A stretch of 64,000 nt of DNA, from the NCBI GenBank assembly GCA_964035545.1, contig OZ037772.1:13284986-13348985 (forward strand), given 5' to 3'. Within the stretch, counting starts at the first letter, position 1. Every line of letters begins with the position of its first letter. Under the pieces are notes generated by a model that was given only the letters and a program-made list of their open reading frames with translations, was not told the DNA's origin and did no database searches. A program made the position numbers and the translations under genes. Source of the stretch: Bugula neritina (lineage: Eukaryota; Animalia; Bryozoa). Shown here piece by piece: positions 36,851 through 50,610 of this stretch.

Positions 36851-37065
36851 TAATATCACTAGATTTTTTGATATATTTCATTCTAGTATGCAATTTATCC
36901 AGGCTACTACTTTCATACATTTTATTGTATTTATTACAAGAACTTTTATGGTGTTTTTACAAGGTATTTTATTTGCAAAAATAAATTCTACAGTGGCAGG
37001 TGGCCTTGTGCGTGATATGGTTCTTTTTGTGAGACTCCAAGACGTTTTGTCTGCAAAAAACAAAA

Positions 37066-38288
37066 TAGTCTTTTTTTAGTCTTTTTTTAGTCTTTTTTTA
37101 GTCTTTTTTTAGTCTTTTTTTAGTCTTTTTTTAGTCTTTTTTTAGTCTTTTTTTAGTCTTTTTTTAGTCTTTTTTTAGTCTTTTTTTAGTCTTTTTTTAG
37201 TCTTTTTTTAGTCTTTTTTTAGTCTTTTTTTAGTCTTTTTTTAGTCTTTTTTTAGTCTTTTTTTAGTCTTTTTTTAGTCTTTTTTTAGTCTTTTTTTAGT
37301 CTTTTTTTAGTCTTTTTTTAGTCTTTTTTTAGTCTTTTTTTAGTCTTTTTTTAGTCTTTTTTTAGTCTTTTTTTAGTCTTTTTTTAGTCTTTTTTTAGTC
37401 TTTTTTTAGTCTTTTTTTAGTCTTTTTTTAGTCTTTTTTTAGTCTTTTTTTAGTCTTTTTTTAGTCTTTTTTTAGTCTTTTTTTAGTCTTTTTTTAGTCT
37501 TTTTTTAGTCTTTTTTTAGTCTTTTTTTAGTCTTTTTTTAGTCTTAGTCTTTTTTTAGTCTTTTTTTAGTCTTAGTCTTTTTTTAGTCTTTTTTTAGTCT
37601 TAGTCTTTTTTTAGTCTTTTTTTAGTCTTAGTCTTTTTTTAGTCTTTTTTTAGTCTTAGTCTTTTTTTAGTCTTAGTCTTTTTTTAGTCTTTTTTTAGTC
37701 TTTTTTTAGTCTTTTTTTAGTCTTAGTCTTAGTCTTTTTTTAGTCTTAGTCTTAGTCTTTTTTTAGTCTTAGTCTTAGTCTTTTTTTAGTCTTAGTCTTA
37801 GTCTTAGTCTTAGTCTTAGTATTCTTAGTCTTAGTCTTAGTCTTAGTATTCTTAGTCTTAGTCTTAGTCTTAGTATTCTTAGTCTTAGTCTTAGTCTTAG
37901 TCTTAGTCTTAGTCTTAGTCTTAGTCTTAGTCTTAGTCTTAGTCTTAGTCTTAGTCTTAGTCTTAGTCTTAGTCTTAGTCTTAGTCTTAGTCTTAGTCTT
38001 AGTCTTAGTCTTAGTCTTAGTCTTAGTCTTAGTCTTAGTCTTAGTCTTAGTCTTAGTCTTAGTCTTAGTCTTAGTCTTAGTCTTAGTCTTAGTCTTAGTC
38101 TTAGTCTTAGTCTTAGTCTTAGTCTTAGTCTTAGTCTTAGTCTTAGTCTTAGTCTTAGTCTTAGTCTTAGTCTTAGTCTTAGTCTTAGTCTTAGTCTTAG
38201 TCTTAGTCTTAGTCTTAGTCTTAGTCTTAGTCTTAGTCTTAGTCTTAGTCTTAGTCTTAGTCTTAGTCTTAGTCTTAGTCTTAGTCTT
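37066..38288. repeat. Satellite grading from (AGTCTTTTTTT)n to (AGTCTT)n
   Basis: Pure 11-mers to ~37540, mixed units to ~37790, then hexamers. Confidence 0.97.
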
Positions 38289-38809
38289 CATACATGTATA
38301 TAAAAAAGGAAAAGAAAAAAATTGCCTTGACATGTGAACAGAGAAGTGCATTAAGAAAGGGGAACAGAATGGAAAAGGTTGGTAAACACTGCACTAACCT
38401 CTCCTGTATTCAGTTTGTTTTATCTGATGTAATCTTTGTGTAACGCAGAGGTCAATGTGGGAACCCGGGCCCAGGTCATTAAATATTCCGACAGCAGCTT
38501 CTTCACTGGCTCAAACTACAAAAGTTTCAAGAGTTTAGAGAGGAAAGCAAACTGGAGAACCAAAACTATGTTCGGAAAGAGAAAAGTGAACTGCTTTAAG
38601 AGGACAGCAAACAGGACAATAAAGAGAAGAGAACAGGAAAACAAAGTTACTAGAATGATTTCAAGCACTTACATGTTCAGTTTCTATTCATTCTCAAAGA
38701 TGGCCATAGCAATTAGGGAGCAGGACATTACGGTACGTACGTCAGAGGATCCATGAGAGCATATGGTGGAGAGTTTGGGGCCTGTAGGGTCCACTCCAAG
38801 AAGTAGCGA

Positions 38810-39163
38810 CTAAAGACAGCATGCCAGCTTATCAACAGTATCTTCTGTAGCCCTGGTATCCATGCCCAGGATAACTCCATCCTAAAACACAGTTTAGAGA
38901 TATAAGTTGTGTAAACTCAATACTTTGCAACTAACAATTCCTATTTTTATTATGGCCCTAACAATTGTTGAACAATAATAGCAAACACCTAATCCACAAA
39001 CAACTTTGTCTCAAACTGAATTTATTAACTATTTTTCAACAAATAAATTATGTGCATCAACAAATGAAAAATGAAACTTACCTTATATATTATCCCACAT
39101 ATAGTCGTGCCAGTACTGTAACCTTTTGGTGCTGTAAAACCTTTAGATGAAAGATGAGCATTT
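38810..39163 (-). pseudogene. PSMB7: Second, inverted PSMB7 fragment
   Basis: Exons 39082-39163 and 38810-38881 give [27 protein letters not shown]|DGVILGMDTRATEDTVDKLACCL*. Confidence 0.85.
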
Positions 39164-42100
39164 CTAAAACAACCAAATCTCAAGATAATTCCTGTTGCTT
39201 GAAGAGAGATGTCCGTTCCCAAAGACTGAATGAAGAGAGAGCTGAAAGTGCAGGGTTTATATCAGTCTAGAAAATAGCTTTTTTCTGAAATAGCCAACAT
39301 AGCTGCACACAAGCAAATAACACAACAGAGGAAAACATACTGTAGCTAACATAGCCTAATGTAGCTAACATAGCCTAATGTAGCTAACATAGCTATGTTA
39401 ATACAATCAAAGCTGTAATGATTCAACAAAAGCTTTCCATGCTCATGTAATGCCCAAACAATTTTTATGCCTTACAGTGTACCTGTAAAAGCACGTATGC
39501 CCAAATGTCAACAGCGAACAGGTTATGCAGAATAGATAATGTGGACAACATATTTTCTCCCTTATAGTGCAGTAGAAATATGTAACACAGGAGTTACCAA
39601 CCTTTCCCTAATATTCCCCCTTTCATGAATATTTACTATTAATTTCCCCCTTTTGACAAACTGTGAAAAATTTTTATAACTGGCATCATGATAATATAGG
39701 ATACAACAATATACATTATATGAAAAGTGAAGCAGTATTTACAGCTCTAAATCCTGCATAGCACACTAACAACTATCAAGACAAACATCCACAATAAAAG
39801 TGACTTTAAAAACAACAAAATTTAGTTGAAGCATCAATAACCAGTTTTAGAGACTATAGAGAATAAGAACATTGTATATAATGCATAGTACCAGAGGCAT
39901 ATAGTTTAAATGTGAGACTTTGGCAGAATTTGGCTGCTACTGGTAAAACCCATTCCCTAGTAATTTAAAATTGGAATATTCAGCTGATTAGGGTAAAATA
40001 ATATAATTATGATATAAAAGTAGACATCAACCACCAAGGGTATGTATAATCAGGTTAAGATAAACCGCATAAAACTTCCAGGCCATACCAACTTATAGAG
40101 AAGCAAAATAGTATATCAGTTCAACTTTAGTCAAATTTTATTTGTAATTCTTGAAAATATAACTCCATGAAAAGTTTGAAACTGTTTACTGGTAAAATTG
40201 TGATTAATTAAAAATTTCCGAATAATTCTATAAGTAGTTTAATCAAGGATTCTGTTATACTTCATAGGAATTGTTGGAACTTTACATAAGTTGGGAAAGC
40301 TTTTCCCTAATGCATTATAGCTTTTCATGTATTATTACAGCTATGCAAGCTATATTACAATTTTCTGACACTCATTACGGCTACTAAACAATAGCTGACT
40401 TTTTTGACTGGTATAACAACCCAGTATTTTCATCTATCTTTAAGCTTGTGTCTTGCAACTACGCTTACAACTTATGATGTAAAGGCTTTTACATCGCTAC
40501 TTTCTTTTAGACTGCTACAATAAATATCTCTATAATATATTAAAAACAACAGGAATTACCTCCATATAGCTCATCCAGCTGACCCATGTGAAGAATAATC
40601 TAGAATGACTTTGTCCAACTTTATACCCAATTGGTTGGTTGTCTAGTAGCTGACCATCTGACCATCACAGCAGTTACTGCAAGAAGAAAGCAGTCTATAA
40701 TTATGTGGTGTTGCATATCATGAAAAACAATGAAATAAAATACTAAATATAACTTATTTTATAAAACATTATTGAAGAAAGCAACAAAAGTAAAAATGGA
40801 GAACAACAGGGGAGGGGGGGGGGGAATTCACATTTTTTATTGATGTATAGGTGTACAGAAGAGTGTCACACTTGATTAATTTAAAAAAATGATTTGTTGA
40901 AAGAGCCATAACCAAAAATCAAAAATGAAAGCCTGACTTCGTTTTCTTACCACAAGCAAACATAGCACTATGTAAACTTATATTTTTTAATGAGAGGTTT
41001 TCACACATTCAGCAATAAATTGACAGAACAAGAAATATTATTGAAGAGTGCTCATTTAGATGGAATGAGATTTGGTAGTATTTACAAGGTCCAAAATCAA
41101 ATGAATTACTTATTGATGGTTTTCAATGAATGCAAGGATTGTATTAACATGAAAGTAAAATCCTAAAATAAAATTCCAATCATGTGCTGATTTTTCATCT
41201 CTTCAGTCAAGTTTTGTATGGAGCTAGGGTAAGGTTGGCAAGAGCTATTACAATAGGCTGTTTTAACTTTCATTAGAAATGCATATGGCAATTCTTGAAT
41301 GAAATAAACAGCTAAAACTTTTAAAGCTAAATATAACGGCAGAAAAACAGCCAAGTGTTACGGTAGAATTAATCAACAGTGGACTTCATAGCTAACAGGA
41401 CATATAGTATCAGTATTTTATGTGCCGAACAGTACAGTTTCATTTTAATCATCACTCTATAGTACAGTTCTATGTGCACAACTTCCCAAAGTTATATATT
41501 CTACACCTTACACAATTATATTGCAACTTTTATCAAAAGCACATGCTTCAGTGTTTGAGTAGTAACGCTTGTTATGCTTATCCTAAATCATACTTTGTCC
41601 AAGGGAAGGTAGAAAAAGCTGAATCTAACATCATTTATGAGAGTAGCTATCTCCTGGTAGTAGCTTTATGAATGCTAAAACCTACTAGCACATAACACAG
41701 GGAAAGAGCAAATATTGTTACAATAAACAATTCATTTAGACACAAACCTGAATGGATGAAAAGTTTCGGTGAACCTAACACAGAGAGAAGACAACTTCTA
41801 CATGTCGGCTTGTGAGCATCTCATGGATATAAAACTGGTCTTGGTAGCAAGGTGACTTCTATCTGCATGTGGTTAAACACAACTACAAAACAGACAATAA
41901 ATATTCTAAACTACCTTAATATATAAAACATTTTATTTTAATTAGCTAATAGTAAATGTTTGCAGAGCTGAGATACTAGTCTACTGACTACAAGTGATTA
42001 ACTTGAACAAATTCACAAGACTTGGAGTTAACAAGACTAAAATAATAAATAAACCATAACATTTTTACTACCAGTTCAAACAGAAATAGATATACATGAA

Positions 42101-42600
42101 TTATGGACATCAGTTATCAAGAAGAATACAAGAAGCACAAGATAATTCTTCCAATACATCGTGTAAAACTAGTAAAATTGAAACCACAGAGAAAATTATT
42201 GTAAATAATAAATACCTAATTATAACCAAAATGGGGCTCACAGAACTGACCACAGCTGGCTAGGTCCTATCTTCCTGGTGTAGACCATATGTTCTCTAAT
42301 GTGTGAATATCTGAGCTGCTCGGAGACATTCTAAAAAACAAAACACATTTGACAAATTGAAGTTGTTGAATAAATGATGACAGACATGTATGAGACAAAT
42401 TATAGACTGTGAAATCTAGAGTATGGGAAATTTGTATCATGATAAAATCAACTTAGTCTACAGAACCAGGAAAGACACTTCTTTGAATCAAAAACTTTTT
42501 CAGTTGAAACAACGTAAACTGAATATTCCACTTTTTAATTTCAAGGAATGATTATGACTATAATATGAGTATGTAACTGAAATAAAGTCAAAGAAATTGA
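38830..42600 (-). repeat. Inverted diverged copy of ~31760-35950 (subtelomeric segmental duplication)
   Basis: Collinear reverse-complement matches: 39082-39163 to 35631-35712, 40560-40680 to 34119-34235, 41420-41650 to 32780-33010, 42250-42330 to 32042-32121. About 33200-33570 is deleted in this copy. Confidence 0.9.
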
Positions 42601-43425
42601 ATTATTGGGTAGGAGTTAAAATTTATTGCACAGTTATGGCTATTTTGAAAAGGAAAGTTGATTTCAATTATGAGCCATACAGTACAGAGTAGCAAATCAA
42701 TGAATTAAAATCATAAGCTTGTACATGTGGTGAGCAAAGCGACAGCCGCACTATTACAGAAAGGTCATTGTAAAATGTTAGTGTAAATATTTGTGCGAAG
42801 TTTAGTACTCCTGCAGAGGGCTTGATATAGAATCACAAAAATTATGTCTAATGATCATATATCACAACAGAATACCGTAATTATTAAAACATCATTATAT
42901 TAATATATAAATTAACCATCCCTTCAGTGTGGATAACAATTAATTAAGGCAAGCAGATAAAATCAAGCTGAAGACAGGTCTATTGTAAAATGAAAAATTT
43001 ATAGAATGAAAATGAAAAAAAAACTTTAAATGCTGAAATAAAAAGAAAATATGATGTCAGCAAAAATGGCTTGGCATATTATATGATTAGTAGGTACAGC
43101 AGCACCAATATTATGCTTAGACAAGAAATTATCCCAAAGGATAAATTTTCAATAAACTAAAGAAATGAGCACTGACTCACTGCATCAACTATTAGCTAGA
43201 AAACCTTACATCAAACTAAAAGCAGTATAACAGCTAGGGTGCTAAAATGTATAGCTCACTATTTGTAGTATTACTAACATTATTATTCCTAGTATTGATT
43301 TTGTGGTTTAGTTCAACAAACCAGAGGAGAACAGGGTAAAATTGTTACCTTGAAATCAAGCCAATTCAAAGCCAAGCTAAATTGAGATTTATTATATAAG
43401 CCTTGCAGCTGCATTTACTCAATTG

Positions 43426-46400
43426 AGTGCTTTAAATATTTGTTTTTGTTTTTGGAAATTTTTTAAAAGTTCTTAAACTTGTTCATTGAGCTAAAACATA
43501 TAAAACACTATAAGTTAAGCTCATGAATTACAACCATGTTCAGTGCCAGTGAGATGCACAGAATAAAAAGTGTCCATCATTGAAACTGTAATTAAATCAA
43601 GTTTATGTTGATAATCAAATAAAATTTGTTCAATTAAACAATTTATTTATAATTTTTATTATAAATCTTTAGTGAAAACATGTAACAAAGGGCAAAAAAC
43701 TGGGTGAAATCATCCGCAACTACCCTCTGTAAACATATAGTAATATGAGGCACGCCTCCTACCAATAAATAGCATAATGGTGGACAACGCCCTAAAATCG
43801 CCGCTCAAATATCGATCATCTCAGGGCTGAGGCTGACAAGAGCTTTTACAATAGGCTGTTTTAACTTTTATTAGAAACATGTTTGGCAATTTTTGAATGA
43901 AATTAACAGCTACAACTTTTAAAACAAAATAAAACAACAGAAAAACAGCCATGTGTTACGGTAGTGTTATTCAACAGTGGATTTCATAGCTAATAGGAGC
44001 AGATATAGGTCAACTGAGTTTACCTAACTGTCTAGCACTGGAAGTTTTACTAATTCCAAGGGTTGGTAGTAAAGGTTAGACAACTTTAACTTAATGAAAG
44101 GAAGAGTTAATATTGTTGCAGTAAGCAATTCATTTAAACACACACCTGAACTGATGAAAAGTTTTGATGAATGAAACACAGAGAGAAGACAACTTCTACA
44201 TGTCGGCTTGTGAGCATCTCATGGATATAAAACCAGTCTTGATAGCAAGGTGACTTCTATCTGCATGTGGTTAAACACAACTACAAAACAGACAATAAAT
44301 TTTATAAACTACCTTAATATATAAAACATTTTATTTTAATTTGCTAATAGTAAATGTTTGCAGAGCTGGGATACTAGTCACAAGATGTCGAGTTAACAAG
44401 ACTGAAATAATAAATAAAACATTACTTTTTCACTATTAAAGATGAAATAGATAAACATAAATTATGGACATCAGTTATAAAAATGAATACAGAAAGTACA
44501 AGATAATTAATTCCTAATATCCTGTAAAATTGGTAAAATTGAAAACACAGACAAAATTATCATAAATAATAAATACCTAATTATAACCAAGATGGGGCTC
44601 TCAGAACTGACCACAGTTGGCTAAGTCCTATCTTCCTGGTGAAAACCATATGTTCTCTAATGTGTGAATATCTGAGCTGCTCGGAAACATTCTAAAAAAT
44701 AAACACATTCGATGAATTAAAATTGTTGAATAAATGATGACAAGACATGTATGAGACATCTTACAGACTGTAGAATCTAGAGTATTGGAAATTTACATGG
44801 TGATACATTTTTATTATGATAAAATCAGCATAGTCTACAGAACCAGGAGAGAAACTTCTTTGAATCAGAAACACAACTTGTTTTAGTTGAAGCAGCTTAA
44901 ACTGAATATTCCACTTTAACTTTTGAATTTCGATCCATGATTATGACCATGATGAGTATGTAACTGAAATAAAGTCAAACGAATTAAATCATTGGGCAAC
45001 AGTTAAACTTTATTATACTGGTAAGGCTGTAGTGAAAAAAATTAAAACATTTGATTTCAATTATACTATTATTCACAGTATTGATTTTGTAGTTCAGTTC
45101 AACAGACCAGAGAAGAACAGGGTAGAAGTTGTACGTTGAAATTAAGCTAATTTGAAGCTAAGCTATATTGAAATTCATTATATGCCTTGCAGTTGTATTT
45201 ACTCAAATGACTGCAGAATCAAATTGATAAAAAATGAGTGGCAGCTTATAAATTGAATAAAATATTCAATTTGAATTCTAAGCCTATGAATGAATACAGA
45301 TTAACAGTTTACTAAAGACGGTACACAATTATTAAATGACGTGCTAAATAAAGGATTACTTTGGTAAGATGACCAAACAGTTTCAGTTGCTGGACCAGTC
45401 AGTTTGAAGGGCAACTTAGTAATGGCAGTGCAGAAATTGGCAGAAATTGAACAGGTGAGCTAGAAAAACTGCTTGTTCTAGAAGCTATTCAGGTAAATGA
45501 TGAAAATAAATGTTGCAACTTGTGATTTGACTTTTGAAATTTTTATGAAGCTTTATCATCCTTCCAACCATTCACCATTAAATCACTAATTTCTCTTATC
45601 GAATGCAACTAGATATTAGCATGAGGTTAGGGACCTAAAGAAAGAGGCCAGGGCTGTGCATGCACTTGCTTACTCCCAACTCTGACTACTGGTTGCAGGT
45701 AAACATTCAACTACTTGTTTGAAATGTGTTGGGGCAGGTCATGGTCATGGTCATGAAATACTAGACAATCTGTATAGCATTAAGTTTACTATAATATGTG
45801 TGTAACGTCACTGTATGCCTGATGAAATAACTTTTATGGACATCAATTTTAAATAGCAGGAATTTGGGATAAGGTAACTTTAGAAAATAAAGATTTAAAA
45901 TAAAACATACCACGGACAGATAAAGATGAGGCTTACAGGGATGGGAAGAATAACACAGAGAGAAAAAGAGTACAGGTTGCTGTTCCTCTGCCCATTCTGT
46001 AACACAAAAAAATAGTAAATAAACTTGTTCAAAATACACTAGAAAAAAGGAAGCAATAGAAACATCACCTGTAGAATTTTTTCTATCAAATTGACAAATT
46101 TACTAGTAAATTCCAAGCGTTCAGAAAACAGTCAACACTATGTTAACTCTGTAGAAGTATATATTATATCTAAAGTTTCTAACTGGTTAAATGATTGAAC
46201 CAACATCAAAATTTTCTACTCATATATAATAGGCCTACAGATGTGTTATATAAATAGGAAATCTAGTAATGTAATGAGTCTTGTGAAACAGTATATATTT
46301 ACAGCTCTAAAACCCACGTCGCAAACCAACAATTCAAAGAATCAAGACAGAAATTCACAATAAAAGTAGCTTTAAAACAATAAAATTTAGTTGAAGCTTG

Positions 46401-49400
46401 AAACACCAGTTTTAGAGAATATAGAAAATAAGTATATTGTATAATGCATACTACGAGAGACTTTGACAAAGTTACGCTGTACATGCCACAGTTAGCCCTA
46501 ATTTGCTAATAATTCAAAAATGCAACATCCAGCTGCATGACTGAAACTGAAAACTTGGACATGCAAAAGTAATAACCAGCTAACCTCACGCTTCAAATAG
46601 AGTAGTATGTAGTACACCTCAGTCTGAAAATAGTTCAGGTCAAGCAAAGATCAAACAACTCCAACTAATACCAAACCATCCAGAAGGAATATTATGAAGC
46701 AGCAATCAGTAACCTGTAAGTGAAACAAACCAACACTGGGTTTGAGCCAGGAAGGTTTCAGACATATCTAAAGCAAATAAAGTTGCAAAGATATGTAAAT
46801 GATATCTTTATACGAAGCTAGGGTGAGGCAAAGGTGATCTATATGAGAGTGGCGACTTTAGGGAATCATGGGGACATCATTATGCAGAATACTGCGCTGT
46901 GAGTTTATATAAGTTAAAAAGGGAAAATTTTGTCACTTTTTTTATTTCATTATTTTTTCTATTTTATGTGTACATTTTTAATTTTATTTATTGCTATAGT
47001 TTTTAAACACATTCTTTATGCATATAAAATTAAAAACAAGTTTAAAACTCACTCACTAACAATTATGCACGTGTAGCTTAATATATTGACAATAGAAAGC
47101 CCAAAGTTATTCAATTTAGTTTTAAACAGCATGAGGAAATTTATTTGAATTAAATTCTTAAAAATTATTATTATTTGAACTATTTTAAAAAGTTTTATCT
47201 AATACTAAGTTCACACCTTTGAAGCCATAAAAACAATCATTAAATAATTCATTTAGTGCTTTAAATATTTTTTTTGTTTTTGGAATTTTTTTAAAAGTTC
47301 TTAAACTTGTTTATTGAGTTGAAACATATAAAACACTATAAATTAAGCTCATGAATTACAACCATGTTCAGTGACAGTAAGCTGCACAGAATAAAACGTG
47401 TCCATCATTGAAACTGCAATTAAATCAAGTTTCTGTTGATAATCGAATAAAAATTGTTGAATTCATTTATAATTTTTATCATAAATCTTTAGGGAAAACA
47501 TGCAAAAAAGGACAAAAAACTCAGTGAAATTATCACGCAACAATCTACTGTAATTATATAAAAATATGAGGCACACCTCCCACCAATAAATAGCATAATG
47601 GTGGACAACGGCCCTAAAATTGCCACTGTCATATCGATCATCTCAGGGCTGAGGCTGACAAGAGCTTTTACAATAGGCTGTTTTAACTTTTATTAGAAAC
47701 ATGTTTGGCAATTTTTGAATGAAATTAACAGCTACAACTTTTAAAACAAAATAAAACAACAGAAAAGCAGTTATGTGTTACGGCAGTGTTAATCAACAGT
47801 GGATTTCATAGCTAATAGGAGCAGATATAGGTCAACTGAGTTTACCTAACTGTCTAGCACTGGAAGTTTTACTAATTCCAAGGGTTGGTAGTAAAGGTTA
47901 GACAACTTTAACTTAATGAAAGGAAGAGTTAGTAATGTTGCAGTAAGCAATTCATTTAAACACAAACCTGAACGGATGAAAAGTTTCGTTGAATCAAACA
48001 CAGAGAGAAGACAACTTCTACATGTGGCTTGTGAGCATCTCATGGATATAAAACTGGTCTTGATGGCAAGGTGACTTCTATCTGCATGTGGTTAAACACA
48101 ACTACAAAACAGACAATAAATTTTCTAAAATACCTTGATATATAAAACATTTCATTTTAATTTGCTATCGAGCTGAGATTCTAGTCTAAAGACTACAAGT
48201 GATTAACTTGAACAAATTCACAGGACTTGGAGTTAACAAGACTAAAATTATGAATAAAAGATAACATTTTTACTACTTCAAACAGAAACAGATAAACATG
48301 AATTATGGACATTAGAATACAAGAAGTACAAGATAATGATTTGCCTAACATCATTTAAAATTGGTAAAATTAAAAACAGAGAAAATTATCGTAAATAATA
48401 AATACCTAATTATAACCAAAATGGGGCTCTCAGAACTGACCACAGTTGGCTAGGTCCTATCTTCCTGGTGAAAACCATATGTTCTCTAATGTGTGAATAT
48501 CTGAGCTGCTCGGAGTGATTCTAAAAGACAAAACACATTCGATAAATTAAAATTGTTGAATAAATGATGACAGATATATAGGTCCTAAAATCTAGAGTAT
48601 TGAAAATTGTATCATGATAGAATCAACATAGTCTACAGAACCAGGAAAGAAACTTCTTTGAACAAGAAATATAACTTGTTTTTTATAGTTACAGCAGTTT
48701 AAACTGAATTTATTCCACTTAAACTTTTCAATTTCGAACCATGATTATGACCATGATGAGTATGTGACTGAAATAAAGTAAAACAAAATAAATCATTCAG
48801 CATAAGTTGAACGTTATTATAGCAAGAAAAAAATTAAAATATTAGATTTCAATTATACTATTATTCTTAGTATTGATTTTGTAGTTCAGTTCAACAGACC
48901 AGAGTAGAACAGGGTAAAAGTTACGTCAAAGTCAAGCCAAAGCTAAATTGAAATTTATTATAACTATAATTATAAGCTTTGCAGTTGCATTTACTCAAAT
49001 GACTGCAGTATCAAATTGCCTAGAAATGGGTAGCAGCCTATCAATTAAATAAAATAATCAATATGAATTCCAAGCCTATGAATAAATACAGATCAACAAT
49101 CAGTAAAATAAAGATAATGTTGGTAAAAAATTAATAAATGACATGCTAAATAAAGGTTACCTTGGTAAGACGACCAAACAATTTCAGTTGCACGACCATT
49201 CACTATGAAGAGCAACTTACTATAATAATGACAGTGCAGCAGACGTGCTCAGTCATCCGTAACCAGTCATTGCTCAGTCGTCTGTAACTGATCACGTGAT
49301 TATTGGGGCATGCGCTATATCCCATGACTCACTTCCAATGGTGTTAGCAATTCAGTGCAATCTGTATGCAGCAAAAAGAGCAATACTAATTTTGGTGCCT

Positions 49401-50610
49401 AAGATTCTATGAGGCTTCAAGTTTCAGAATATAATGAAAGGAAAACAGAGATGTAGCAATCAAATACTTTTAAAAATTTGTCCTCTTTATGCAGCATTAT
49501 CAATCATGCTTATAGGGCAAAATAAACAGGAAAAGAAATCACTATGCTAAATTAACCATCAAGAAAAGAAAGACAAATTCACGACACAAAGAGGCATAAA
49601 GTAATTAAATAGGTGAGCTGAGAAAACTGCTTGTTCTAGAAGCCATTAAGTGTTGCAACTTGGTGTTTTGATTTTTGAAATTTTTATGGAGCTTAATCAT
49701 TCTTTAAACCATTCACCATTAAATCACTAATTTCTGTTATTGCATGAATGCAACTAGATATTAGCATGAGGTTAGGGACCTACAGCAAAAGGCCAGGGTT
49801 TCGCTTGCCTTTGCTTAGTCCCAACTCTGACTACTGTTTGCAGGTAAACATTGAAATACTTGTTCACATGTGTTGGGGCAGGTCATGGTCATGAAATACT
49901 AGACAATCTGTATAGCATTAAGTTTACTATAATATGTGTGCACTGTCACTGTATGCCTGATGAAATAACTTTTATGGACATCAATTTTAAATAGCAGGAA
50001 TTTGGGATAAGGTAACTTTAGAAAATAAAGATTTAAAATAAAACATACCACGGACAGATAAAGATGAGGCTTACAGGGATGGGAAGAATAACACAGAGAG
50101 AAAAAGAGTAGAGGTTGCTGTTCCTCTGCCCATTCTGTAACACAAAAAATAGTAAATAAACTTGTTCAAAATACAATAGAAAAAAGGAAGCAATAGAAAC
50201 ATCACCTGTAGAATTTTTTCTATCAAATTGACAAATTTATTAGCAAATTCCAAGCATTCAGAAAACCCTCAACACTATGCTAACACTGTATAGGAGTATA
50301 TATTATATATAAAGTTTCCAACTGGTTAAATAATTGAACCAACATTAAAATTCTCTACTCGTATTATACAGATGTGTGATATAAGTAGGAAATCTAGTAA
50401 CCTGATGAGTTTAATATAAAACAGTAAAAATCTACAGCTCTAAAACCTGCATGGTAAACCAACAAGTCAAAACATCAAGGCAGACCTTCACAATAAAAGT
50501 GACTGTAAAACATTAAAATTTAATTGAAGCATGAAACATGTTTTTTTTAGATAATACAGTATAGAAAATAAGTATGTTGTATAATGCATAGTACGAGAGA
50601 CTTTGACAAA
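43426..50610 (-). repeat. Two direct diverged copies (43426-46470 and 47256-50610) containing inverted pieces of 30490-33170 and 34880-35090; further pieces at 46560-46790 and 50610-51330
   Basis: Both copies start AGTGCTTTAAATATTT and end TACGAGAGACTTTGACAAA. The block 45750-46130 is nearly identical to 49890-50260. Confidence 0.88.

Noticed and set aside
37752-38351. 199 aa poly-KT ORF
   Set aside because: It is the reverse translation of the (AGTCTT)n satellite.
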